Shown here piece by piece: positions 44,643 to 57,680 of a stretch of DNA of 64,000 nt (positions within the stretch are counted from its first letter, which is position 1; every line of letters starts with the position of its first letter). The notes below the pieces were generated by a model. The model saw only the letters and a list, made by a program, of their open reading frames with translations. It ran no database searches and was not told where the DNA came from. The position numbers were made by a program, and so were the translations under genes. This DNA comes from Burkholderiales bacterium (GTDB lineage Bacteria; Pseudomonadota; Gammaproteobacteria; Burkholderiales; SG8-41), in assembly GCA_043743335.1 (NCBI GenBank), contig JAYTWR010000083.1, positions 29,371-93,370 of the forward strand. Direction: 5' to 3'.

Positions 44643-46838
44643 CTACAGATCCAAAGGATCAACATCGATAGACCAGCGGGCGGCACCCGTGCGCTTTTCC
44701 GCCAGCGCGGCGCGCCATACCGCAAGAAAGCGTTGCAGCCGGTTGCGGCTGGCGCATTGCACCAGCAACTGCGCGCGTTCGTGTCCGGCCAGACGCATCA
44801 TGCCAGCGGGCACCGGATCATAGATTGTGACGTCGCGATCAATCGCATGCCCCAACGCAGCGGCGTGCTTCAGCCACGCGATGGCCGCGTCTAATTTGCT
44901 CGCTTCCGCGCGCAGCAGCGCCTGATACTGAAACGGCGGGAAGCCCGCGCCACGTCGTTCGTGCAACTGGGCGTCGGCAAAATGTGCAAAATCCTGCGCG
45001 CGTAGCGCGGCATACAGCGGGTGATCCGGAAAATCCGTTTGGATCAGCACATCGCCCGCCACACTGCCGCGCCCGGCGCGTCCCGCCACCTGCGTGAGCA
45101 ATGCGTAGAGGCGTTCCGGCGCGCGAAAATCCGTGCTGTAAAGCAGGCTGTCGGCGTTGAGCACGCCCACCAGTGACAGACTGGGAAAATCGTGCCCCTT
45201 GGCGAGAATTTGTGTGCCGACGAGAATATCGACTTCTCGCGCTTCGATGCGCGTGCGCATGCCGCTCCATGCGCCCTTGTTGCGCGTGCTGTCGCGGTCG
45301 ATGCGCAACACGCGCGCCTGCGGAAAATGCGCTGCCAGCGCGGCTTCAACCCGCTGCGTGCCCTGCCCCACCGGCGACAAATCGGCGTTGCCGCAATCCG
45401 GGCACGCTTGTGGTGCGGCCGTTTGATAGCCGCAGTGGTGGCATTGTAGCCGCCGGTCACGCAAGTGCAGCACCAGCCGCGCGCTGCAGCGGTGACAATT
45501 CGACAGCCAGCCGCACTCATGGCACAGCAGCACCGGCGCGTAACCGCGGCGGTTGATGAAAATCAGCACCTGTTCGCGCGCCGCCAGCCGCTTTTGAATC
45601 GCCGCGATCAGCGCCGGCGCTAGGCCATCCTGCAAGCGCACATCGCGCGTTGGCACGCAATGGATGCGTGGCGGCGTGAGGTTGATGCGCTTGGGCAACT
45701 GCGTGAGCGCATAGCGCTGGGTCGCCGCGTTGTGCCAAGTTTCTAGCGCGGGCGTGGCTGAACCCAGCACAATCGGCACGCCACGTTGGCGCGCACGCAC
45801 CACCGCCAAATCGCGCGCCGAGTAGCGAAAACCCTCGCTTTGCTTAAACGAAGCATCATGTTCTTCATCCACAATAATCAGCCCGAGTTGCGGCAGCGGC
45901 GCAAACACCGCCAGCCGCGTGCCGAGCACAATGCGCGCCTCACCCGACTGCGCCGCCAGCCAGTGAAGCAGGCGCTCGCTTTCGTTTAGCCCGCTGTGCA
46001 GACTGACCACGCGCGTGTGCGGAAAACGCCCGCGCACCGTGGCCTCAAGTTGTGGCGTGAGCGAAATTTCCGGCACCAGCAGCAGCACTTGTGAGCCGCG
46101 TTTGAGCGCCGCCGCCATGGTGTGCAAATACACTTCGGTCTTGCCGCTGCCGGTGACGCCCAACAAAAGATGCGCTGCGAAGCGCGAGAAATCCGCGCAA
46201 AAAGCTGCTACCGCCGCAGCTTGGTCCGGCGTCAACGGCGGGCCGACGACATCCGGTTGCGGGGTTTGTGCTGCGCTGGGCGAAGTCGTGAGTGACCCCT
46301 CACATAACGCGACATAGCCATAATTAACTAGTTGTTTTAAAACAGTTTTTTCTGTAGGCGTGCAAGCGCTAACAGCAGCAGCATCCAGCGCCAACGCCGC
46401 CTGAAACCGCGCCAGCATGTGCCGCAACGTGCGCGCGCGCGGCGGCAGACTGTTGCTATCCGCGGCCGCACCTTGCGCCGTCAGCGCGTAATGCGTCAGC
46501 GACTTTTGCGGTGCGCGCCGCACCTGACGTAGCCCGCCCGGCAACGCACTCATCGCCACCGCGCCCAGCGGGTGGTGATAGTACTCGGCGGCAAACCGCA
46601 TGAGCTTGATGTCGTCCGGCGAGAACCCCGGTGCTTCGCGCAAAATGCGATTGACCGGCTTCACGCGCGCGCTGGCCAGTGTGCTGGCGTCGGTGACCTC
46701 AAGAATGACCCCCACCGCGTTGCGCTTGCCGAACGGCACCAGCACGCGTGCGCCGATGTCAGCGGTGGTGGCGTGATCGCAGCGGTAATCGAACAGCGTG
46801 TCGAGCGGAACGTCCAGGCCGACGCGGACGAAGGTCAT
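44643..46838 (-). CDS. priA: Primosomal replication-restart helicase PriA
   Basis: 731 aa. Walker A GVTGSGKTEVY, DEEHD, and Cys-rich zinc motifs (CHECGW..CHRCS..CHHCG..CPDCG). Confidence 0.95.
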   Translation of the reverse strand: MTFVRVGLDVPLDTLFDYRCDHATTADIGARVLVPFGKRNAVGVILEVTDASTLASARVKPVNRILREAPGFSPDDIKLMRFAAEYYHHPLGAVAMSALPGGLRQVRRAPQKSLTHYALTAQGAAADSNSLPPRARTLRHMLARFQAALALDAAAVSACTPTEKTVLKQLVNYGYVALCEGSLTTSPSAAQTPQPDVVGPPLTPDQAAAVAAFCADFSRFAAHLLLGVTGSGKTEVYLHTMAAALKRGSQVLLLVPEISLTPQLEATVRGRFPHTRVVSLHSGLNESERLLHWLAAQSGEARIVLGTRLAVFAPLPQLGLIIVDEEHDASFKQSEGFRYSARDLAVVRARQRGVPIVLGSATPALETWHNAATQRYALTQLPKRINLTPPRIHCVPTRDVRLQDGLAPALIAAIQKRLAAREQVLIFINRRGYAPVLLCHECGWLSNCHRCSARLVLHLRDRRLQCHHCGYQTAAPQACPDCGNADLSPVGQGTQRVEAALAAHFPQARVLRIDRDSTRNKGAWSGMRTRIEAREVDILVGTQILAKGHDFPSLSLVGVLNADSLLYSTDFRAPERLYALLTQVAGRAGRGSVAGDVLIQTDFPDHPLYAALRAQDFAHFADAQLHERRGAGFPPFQYQALLRAEASKLDAAIAWLKHAAALGHAIDRDVTIYDPVPAGMMRLAGHERAQLLVQCASRNRLQRFLAVWRAALAEKRTGAARWSIDVDPLDL

Positions 46839-46850
46839 GACCGGCTACGT

Positions 46851-47912
46851 TTACGGCGCTGCGTGATACGAAGGAGAAAGCTCGTGCACCGCCGCTACTA
46901 GCGCGCCGACGTGATCAGGATTGGTGAACTGCGACACCCCATGGCCGAGGTTAAACACGTGCCCGCTGCCGTGGCCGTACGATGCCAGCACTTGGCCGAC
47001 TTGCGCGCGAATTTGCGCCGGTTGCGCAAATAGCGTCACGGGATCCAGATTGCCTTGCAGCGCCACTTGGCTGCCGACGCGCGCGCGCGCCGCGCCGATG
47101 TCGCACGTCCAATCTAGCCCCAGCGCATCGCAGCCGATGGCGGCGATATCTTCTAGCCACAGCCCGCCGCCTTTGGTGAACACAATGCACGGCACGCGCT
47201 CGCCGTCGCGCTCGCGCGTGAGGCCGGCGACGATACGTTGCAGGTAGGCGAGCGAAAACGCTTTATAGGCGGCAGCCGACAGCGCGCCGCCCCAGGTATC
47301 AAAAATCATGACGGCTTGCGCGCCAGCTTCAATTTGCGCGTTAAGGTAAGCGGTTACTGCGCGCGCGTTGACGTCGAGAATGTGGTGCAGCAAATCAGGC
47401 CGGTCGTAGAGCATGGTTTTGATGGTGCGAAAATCCGCGCTGCCGCCGCCTTCGATCATGTAACAGGCCAGCGTATACGGGCTGCCGGAAAAGCCGATCA
47501 GCGGCACCTTGCCATTCAGCGCCTTACGAATTTGTGCAACAGAATCAAATACATAGCGCAATTCGTCCAAGTCAGCCAGCGCTAACTTTTTGATGGCGGT
47601 TTCGTCGCGCAAAGGGCGTTCAAACTTGGGGCCTTCGCCTTCGGCGAAATACAGGCCGAGGCCCATCGCGTCCGGCACTGTCAAGATGTCCGAAAACAAT
47701 ATCGCCGCATCGAGCGCAAAGCGCGCCAACGGTTGCAGCGTGACTTCGGTGGCGTAATCCGGGTTTTTGGCGAGGCCCAAAAAACTGCCCGCGCGTTTGC
47801 GCGTGGCGTTGTATTCGGGCAAGTAGCGTCCCGCCTGCCGCATAATCCACACGGGGGTGTAGGGCGTGGGTTGGCGCAGCAGTGCGCGGAGGAAGGTGTC
47901 GTTTTTTAACAT
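46851..47912 (-). CDS. hemE: Uroporphyrinogen decarboxylase
   Basis: 353 aa. [15 protein letters not shown] signature. Confidence 0.95.
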   Translation of the reverse strand: MLKNDTFLRALLRQPTPYTPVWIMRQAGRYLPEYNATRKRAGSFLGLAKNPDYATEVTLQPLARFALDAAILFSDILTVPDAMGLGLYFAEGEGPKFERPLRDETAIKKLALADLDELRYVFDSVAQIRKALNGKVPLIGFSGSPYTLACYMIEGGGSADFRTIKTMLYDRPDLLHHILDVNARAVTAYLNAQIEAGAQAVMIFDTWGGALSAAAYKAFSLAYLQRIVAGLTRERDGERVPCIVFTKGGGLWLEDIAAIGCDALGLDWTCDIGAARARVGSQVALQGNLDPVTLFAQPAQIRAQVGQVLASYGHGSGHVFNLGHGVSQFTNPDHVGALVAAVHELSPSYHAAP

Positions 47913-47945
47913 CAGGATGGAGTGCTTGGAAACCCGGACCTAGGA

Positions 47946-48110
47946 CAGAAAACAGAGAACAGAGAACAGAGGACAGAGGACTGAGGACTGAGGACTGAGG
48001 ACTGAGGACTGAGGACTGAGGACTGAGGACTGAGGATTGAGGACTGAGGACTGAGGATTGAGGATTGAGCGATGCGATGGTCCGGGCGAGGTGGCTCAAT
48101 CCTAAACACC
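47946..48110. repeat. Intergenic element: 18 tandem 7-bp units (GGAYTGA phase) plus 10-bp-stem hairpin
   Basis: Units read as CAGAAAA, CAGAGAA x2, CAGAGGA x2, CTGAGGA x8, TTGAGGA, CTGAGGA x2, TTGAGGA, TTGAGCG (47946-48071). AGGATTGAGC (48061-48070) pairs with GCTCAATCCT (48094-48103). The element lies between the gltD stop and the hemE start. Confidence 0.9.
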
Positions 48111-49529
48111 CTAGCGCGGCAAGTCTGACCCACCCATCAAAAATGTATCCACCGCCCGCGCGCATTGCCGCCCTTCACGTATTGCCCACACCACCAGGGA
48201 TTGTCCGCGGCGCATATCGCCTGCGGCAAACACTTTGGCGACCGACGTTTGATATTGCTCGGTATCGGCTTTGACGTTGCTGCGCGGGTCTTTTTCAACC
48301 CCCAGTTCTTCGAGCAAGCCCTTTTGCGTGGGGCCGAGAAAGCCCATGGCCAGCAGCACTAAATCGGCGGGCATTTCGAATTCGGAGCCGGGCACCTCGG
48401 CCATTTTGCCGCCTTCCCATTTCAGGCGTACGGCTTTGAGCGCTTTGACTTTGCCGCCTTCGCCGACGAAGCATTTGGTGGCGATGCTCCAATCGCGTGC
48501 AGTACCTTCTTCGTGCGAGCTAGACGTGCGCAGCCGCGTCGGCCAGTACGGCCACACCGGATTGCGCAGGGGGTCGTCCGGCTTGCCGAGTAACTCAAAT
48601 TGCGCGACGGATTTCGCGCCGTGACGGTTGGACGTGCCCACGCAATCCGAGCCGGTGTCACCGCCGCCAATCACCACCACATGCTTGGCAGTGGCCATGA
48701 TTTGATTCGCCACGGTGTCGCCGGCGACGACCTTGTTCTGCTGCGGCAAAAACTCCATGGCGAAATGCACGCCGTTGAGTTCGCGGCCCGGCACCGGCAA
48801 ATCACGCGGGGTTTCCGCGCCGCCGGACAACACCACCGCGTCAAACTCCGCCAGCAGCTTTTTCGCCGGCACATTCACGCCGACATGCTGATTGAGCCGA
48901 ACTTCTACGCCCTCAGCCTGCATTTGCTCAACCCGGCGGTCGATGAACTGCTTTTCCATTTTGAAATCTGGAATGCCGTAGCGCAGCAGGCCGCCCACGC
49001 GATCATGTTTCTCGAACAACACAACGTCGTGCCCGACGCGCGCCAGTTGCTGCGCGCACGCCATGCCGGCGGGGCCGGAGCCGATCACCGCCACGCGCTT
49101 GCCGGTTTTGACCTGGGGTGGCTGCGGAACCACCCAGCCGTTTTCCCAGCCCTTGTCGATAATCGCATGCTCAATCGACTTGATGCCCACCGCGTCGGCG
49201 TTGATGCGCAGCGTGCAGGCTTCTTCGCACGGCGCGGGGCACACGCGTCCCGTGAATTCGGGGAAGTTATTGGTCGAGTGCAGCGTGTCGAGCGCGGCGC
49301 GCCAATCCTGCTTGTAAACGAGATCGTTCCAGTCGGGAATGATGTTGTTGATCGGGCAGCCGCTCATGCAAAACGGCGTGCCGCAATCCATGCAGCGCGC
49401 GCCTTGCTGGCCGGCTTGCTCGTCGCTCAGATGGCCGACAAATTCGCGGTAATGCTTGGTGCGCGTGCCTTTGTCTTCGGCAGCTTCAGAGAGCCGCCCG
49501 TATTCCAAAAACCCAGTAACTTTGCCCAT
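48111..49529 (-). CDS. gltD: Glutamate synthase (NADPH) small subunit
   Basis: 472 aa. N-terminal Fe-S Cys clusters and the dinucleotide fold [14 protein letters not shown]. Confidence 0.95.
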   Translation of the reverse strand: MGKVTGFLEYGRLSEAAEDKGTRTKHYREFVGHLSDEQAGQQGARCMDCGTPFCMSGCPINNIIPDWNDLVYKQDWRAALDTLHSTNNFPEFTGRVCPAPCEEACTLRINADAVGIKSIEHAIIDKGWENGWVVPQPPQVKTGKRVAVIGSGPAGMACAQQLARVGHDVVLFEKHDRVGGLLRYGIPDFKMEKQFIDRRVEQMQAEGVEVRLNQHVGVNVPAKKLLAEFDAVVLSGGAETPRDLPVPGRELNGVHFAMEFLPQQNKVVAGDTVANQIMATAKHVVVIGGGDTGSDCVGTSNRHGAKSVAQFELLGKPDDPLRNPVWPYWPTRLRTSSSHEEGTARDWSIATKCFVGEGGKVKALKAVRLKWEGGKMAEVPGSEFEMPADLVLLAMGFLGPTQKGLLEELGVEKDPRSNVKADTEQYQTSVAKVFAAGDMRRGQSLVVWAIREGRQCARAVDTFLMGGSDLPR

Positions 49530-49565
49530 GGCGGATGTCTACAGTGAGGCTATAAGTAATTGATT

Positions 49566-54239
<4,674 letters not shown>

Positions 54240-54500
54240 AGGCAGCCTCAACAAATAATCCAATAAAATCAAATACTTAAGTGAACAATATTGCGCCGCC
54301 ACAAAAAAGCCGTGGCGGAAACAAAGTTTTAGGAGTGAAACCGTTTAAGTCTACCGGTACCAAGGCCTTGCTTCAATAGGGAATTTTGGGCCTTGGGATG
54401 CTGCTGCGTAGCGGGCACGGGTAGTACGTTTAAGGTGGGGGATTGCGGATGCTGCGGCCGCAGCATGTCGGCATGTCGGCGACGGCACTGAGCGCCTAGG

Positions 54501-54812
54501 CTAGACATGGGGCATGATTTTAAATCGGTGTTTCACGCAACCCTCACGCCCCGCTTGGGTTTTTAGCCGATGCGCCATGCTCTGCGCCGGGGTCGCGTTC
54601 TCGGGCAGGGTGCAGGTTCGCTACGCCGTTCACGCCAGCCCGGGTGGTGTGCGTCGCGCACCTGTGCGATCAGTGGTTCGATTTTCGCATCTTTGCACGC
54701 CAGAATGTTCGCCGCACTGGTGTAACCCGCGTCCGCGGTCAGTATCGTCACCTTGCCGCTGGTCTGCGGCTGGGCACACCATGCCGACTTTCAGCAGTTT
54801 TGCAATTGACAC
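54501..54812 (-). pseudogene. DDE transposase fragment (IS4/IS5 superfamily, IS1182-like), frameshifted and truncated
   Basis: Three frames each carry a piece: SIAKLLKVGMV.., TILTADAGYTSAANILACKDAKIEPLIAQVRDAHHPGW.., MAHRLKTQAGRE... Only ~100 codons remain, with no intact N- or C-terminus. Confidence 0.6.
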
Positions 54813-54834
54813 TGACCGCCCTGCTGTCTATTGT
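54806..54834 (+). promoter_or_regulatory. Sigma70-type promoter of the retron transcript
   Basis: TTGACA (54806-54811), 17-nt spacer, TATTGT (54829-54834). The predicted start near 54841 coincides with the left inverted repeat. Confidence 0.6.
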
Positions 54835-54838
54835 CACC

Positions 54839-55010
54839 ACAGCAGCACGCCTCAAGCCGATGCACGGTTGACTATTCTTGTGATACTGGCCGCGTGTCTC
54901 TGCGGGGTTACCCCGCAGATATGCACTACCGCACTACTCAGCGCATGAGCCGCGTTATGCGCGCATAAACACGCTCATGCAAGACCAGCGAAGTTGGGGC
55001 GTGCTGCTGT
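54839..55010 (+). ncRNA. msr-msd: Retron msr-msd non-coding RNA region (a2 repeat, branch G, msr hairpin, msd hairpin, a1 repeat)
   Basis: 17-nt inverted repeat ACAGCAGCACGCCTCAA (54839-54855) / TTGGGGCGTGCTGCTGT (54994-55010), 16 WC pairs plus 1 G-U. G54856 sits in an A-G-C context directly 3' of the left arm. Hairpin TCTGCGGGG-TTA-CCCCGCAGA (54899-54919). Composite hairpin 54943-54980 around the palindrome TTATGCGCGCATAA. The region is immediately upstream of, and co-oriented with, a retron-type RT. Confidence 0.7.
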
Positions 55011-55023
55011 TTTACCTGGGCCA

Positions 55024-56370
55024 ATGACGACACAACGCAATCGACACTTAGTCACGCTCGGCATGGCCGACGCCCTGCTCGCCGGGGCACGCCATCCTGT
55101 TTCTGCGCGTACGCGGTTGGAGCATGCGCTCGGTAGCCGTGCGCGTTGGGTTGGCAATCTCGCACGCACGCTGGTCAAGCGCTTTGCAGGCGACTGGCGA
55201 GATACGCAACGCGATAACTTGGCACGCGAGATTGAGGGGCTTCCTGCGTTCCAACGTGCGTGCCTAAGTGCGCGTCCCCCGCGCGTACGTCACATACCCG
55301 TAACGCCCTCACGCATGGCGTCGTTGCCTGTTGCGCTGATGGACTGCGTGGTTCCCGATTTGCCTACGCCGCGCGACGTTGCGCGCTGGCTCGACTTGAG
55401 TCTGGATGAATTGCTGTGGCTCACCGGCCCGTTGGAATATCCACTGCGCAATGACGCACCGGTCACCCACTATCAAACGCGCTGGGTACACAAGCGCAGC
55501 GGCGGCATGCGCTTGATCGAGATACCCAAGGTGCAATTGCGCGCGCACCAGCGCCGCTTGCTGCATCGTCTGCTGGATTATGTGCCTGTGCACGAGGCCG
55601 CGCATGGCTTTCGCCCACGGCATTCATGCGTCACCAACGCCCGCCCACACATGGGGCAAGCCGTGGTAGTGCGCATGGACCTCGAAGATTTTTTCGGCAG
55701 CATCGGTGGCGGCAAGGTCTACAAGACGTTCACTGCACTCGGCTACCCGGCTGCTGCAGCCACGGCGCTAACACGGCTCACCACCTGCGCCACACCGGCT
55801 GACGCGTTGGCCCCCACGCTGACCACGCTGGACTGGCACGCACGCAAGCGGCTGCAAGCGCCACACTTGCCGCAAGGCGCACCCACCTCACCCGCCCTGG
55901 CCAATTTATGCGCATTCAACTTTGATGTTCGTGTGCAAGCCTTGGCCGAGAAATTCAGTGCGCGTTACACACGCTATGCCGATGATTTAACGTTCTCCGG
56001 CAATGCGGAATTTCGCCATCGCGCACACGCACTGCAAGCGCGCGTCGCGGCCATTGCCACAGAAGAAGGCTTCCGCATTAACCATCGTAAAACCAAGGTT
56101 ATGCCATCCGCCACGCGTCAGCGTGTCACTGGCATCGTGGTCAATCGCACTACCAATATTGCGCGTGTCGATTTTGACCGGCTGAAGGCGACACTACACA
56201 ACTGCGCCAAACACGGGCCTGCCACTCAGTGCATGACTGATGTTTACACATTCAGGAATCACCTGGCCGGGCACATTGCCCATCTATCTGCGATACACCC
56301 CGTGCGCGGTGCACGGCTCAGGCAGATGTTCAGTCGCATATCATGGAGTCGTGGAATGGTGGATCACTGA
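55024..56370 (+). CDS. ret: Retron-type reverse transcriptase with N-terminal extension
   Basis: RT motifs in order: GGMRLIEIPK, AHGF, VTNARPH (NAxxH), VRMDLEDFFGSI, LPQGAPTSPALANL, YTRYADDLTFSG, INHRKTKVM, QRVTGIVVN. The track start (TTG 54994) lies inside the a1 repeat, so I use the first ATG (55024). ATG 55315 or 55339 are alternatives that would give a canonical ~340-350 aa RT. Confidence 0.85.
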   Translation: MTTQRNRHLVTLGMADALLAGARHPVSARTRLEHALGSRARWVGNLARTLVKRFAGDWRDTQRDNLAREIEGLPAFQRACLSARPPRVRHIPVTPSRMASLPVALMDCVVPDLPTPRDVARWLDLSLDELLWLTGPLEYPLRNDAPVTHYQTRWVHKRSGGMRLIEIPKVQLRAHQRRLLHRLLDYVPVHEAAHGFRPRHSCVTNARPHMGQAVVVRMDLEDFFGSIGGGKVYKTFTALGYPAAAATALTRLTTCATPADALAPTLTTLDWHARKRLQAPHLPQGAPTSPALANLCAFNFDVRVQALAEKFSARYTRYADDLTFSGNAEFRHRAHALQARVAAIATEEGFRINHRKTKVMPSATRQRVTGIVVNRTTNIARVDFDRLKATLHNCAKHGPATQCMTDVYTFRNHLAGHIAHLSAIHPVRGARLRQMFSRISWSRGMVDH

Positions 56371-56398
56371 AGGCTCCTCGCCGCAACCTCATTGACCG

Positions 56399-56668
56399 CT
56401 ATTGCGCCACAAACCGCTGCACCCGCTTGCCCGAGCGCACTTTGCCGGTGAACAAATAGCCGGGCGAATACGCCGCAGCGCAGTTCGAACGCGCAAAACG
56501 ACTGCTATCACCCAGACAGGCAATCAACCACGGAATGGTGTTTTCGCCCAGCCGCGGCACACGGTCCAGCAATTCACGGCGACCGCGCAAATTGTCATTG
56601 GATTCAACGCGTTGCTTAATTTTCTTACGCAGTTCGCTGATCTGCTGGGCGAGAAAAATTTCACGCAA
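56399..56668 (-). pseudogene. IS110-family transposase fragment (central/C-terminal piece only)
   Basis: The 89-aa ORF (QISELRKKIKQ..LLDRVPRLGENTIPWLIACLGDSSRFARSNCAAAYSPGY) is a degenerate match to the IS110 pattern L..IPG(I/V)G......L.A.(L/I)GD..RF.S....AAY.GL.P. The DEDD catalytic N-terminal domain is absent. It abuts the hemF stop. Confidence 0.5.
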
Positions 56669-57569
56669 CCCACTCCTTCGCTACCAAAAAGTTCTCATAC
56701 AACGCCGCCTCGCGCGACCCCGCTTCCGGCTTCCAGTCGTAACGCCAATTCACCACCGGGGGCAGCGACATGAGTATCGATTCGGCGCGTCCGCCGGATT
56801 GCAGCCCGAATAGCGTGCCGCGGTCGTAGACCAGGTTGAATTCAACATAGCGTCCGCGGCGGTAGGCTTGAAAATCACGTTCGCGCTCGCCGTAGGGCAG
56901 GTCGCGGCGGCGCTCGACGATGGGCGTGTAGGCCTTGAGAAAATGATCGCCCACACTTTGCATTAAGGCAAAGCAGGTGGCGAAATCGGGCGTGTGCAGA
57001 TCGTCGTAAAAAATGCCGCCGATGCCGCGTGGTTCGTTGCGATGCTTGAGATAAAAATACGCGTCGCACCACTTTTTGTATTTGGGGTGCAAATCAGCGC
57101 CGAACGGCGCCAACGCATCGCGGCAGGTTTGATGAAAGTGCTGCGCGTCTTCGACAAAGCCGTAATAAGGCGTTAAATCCATGCCGCCACCGAACCACCA
57201 CACCGCGTCAGCGCCGGGCTTCACCGCGCAAAAGAGCCGCACGTTCATATGCACTGTGGGCACCATGGGGTTGCGTGGGTGTAGCACCAACGACACGCCC
57301 ATCGCGTCGTACGAGCGGCCGGCGAGTTCAGGCCGTGTGGCGGAGGCCGACGGCGGCAGGCCGGGGCCATAAACATGCGAGAAGCCCACGCCCGCACGCT
57401 CGAACAGGGCACCGTCTTCCAGGATGCAGGTGACGCCGCCACCACCACCGTTGGCGGGCGGGCGTGTCCAAGCGTCGCGCGAGAAAGCTTTGCCGTCGCG
57501 CGCGCTTAAGTCATCAACGATGCGGGCCTGCAGGGATTCGAGATAGGTTTTTACGGGTGCGGTATCCAT
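56661..57569 (-). CDS. hemF: Oxygen-dependent coproporphyrinogen III oxidase
   Basis: 302 aa. [11 protein letters not shown] and [11 protein letters not shown] signatures. Confidence 0.95.
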   Translation of the reverse strand: MDTAPVKTYLESLQARIVDDLSARDGKAFSRDAWTRPPANGGGGGVTCILEDGALFERAGVGFSHVYGPGLPPSASATRPELAGRSYDAMGVSLVLHPRNPMVPTVHMNVRLFCAVKPGADAVWWFGGGMDLTPYYGFVEDAQHFHQTCRDALAPFGADLHPKYKKWCDAYFYLKHRNEPRGIGGIFYDDLHTPDFATCFALMQSVGDHFLKAYTPIVERRRDLPYGERERDFQAYRRGRYVEFNLVYDRGTLFGLQSGGRAESILMSLPPVVNWRYDWKPEAGSREAALYENFLVAKEWVA

Positions 57570-57599
57570 AACGCGAAGAATACCGCATCGAATTGACTC

Positions 57600-57674
57600 G
57601 TAGGATGCCGGTGAGCGCAGCGAACCGCATCGGTCGCGTTATGCGCAAGATGGATGCCGCCACCGGCATCCTAC
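57600..57674. repeat. Pair of inverted REP-like elements (BIME-like)
   Basis: GTAGGATGCCGGTG (57600-57613) and its exact complement CACCGGCATCCTAC (57661-57674). The left copy folds as GATGCCGGT-GAGCGCAGCGA-ACCGCATC, sharing the TAGG + stem + AGCGCAGCG layout with 2518-2549. Confidence 0.6.
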
Positions 57675-57680
57675 CGGTTG

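Larger units (their letters stand above)
54303..56668. mobile_element. Accessory islet between gltB and hemF: two transposase scars flanking a retron
   Basis: This is the only non-housekeeping, plus-strand content in the 40-64 kb minus-strand block. It is bounded by an IS4/IS5-superfamily fragment (54501-54812) and an IS110-family fragment (56399-56668). Confidence 0.55.

Noticed and set aside
47946-48071. Tandem repeat array considered as a CRISPR array or as coding for a repeat protein (track ORFs translate it as SPQSSVL repeats).
   Set aside because: The period is 7 bp with no spacers, so it is not CRISPR. A 7-bp period changes frame every unit, and the region is intergenic between gltD and hemE, so it is not a coding repeat.
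54514-54948. 144-aa plus-strand ORF upstream of the RT, considered as a possible retron effector.
   Set aside because: It runs antisense through the transposase fragment and straight across the promoter, the a2 repeat and the msr hairpins. It has no recognisable domain and an Arg/Cys/Ser/Pro-rich composition typical of off-frame high-GC ORFs.
54951-54962. The 12-mer CGCGTTATGCGC is shared between the retron msd hairpin and the REP-like pair at 57634-57645, which hinted at a relationship.
   Set aside because: For a 64-kb window many identical 12-mers are expected by chance, and the flanks do not align. No relationship is claimed.
54994-55023. ORF-track start of the RT gene at 54994 (TTG).
   Set aside because: These bases form the right arm of the 17-nt retron inverted repeat. 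The first ATG is at 55024, so the extra 10 codons are most likely non-coding.
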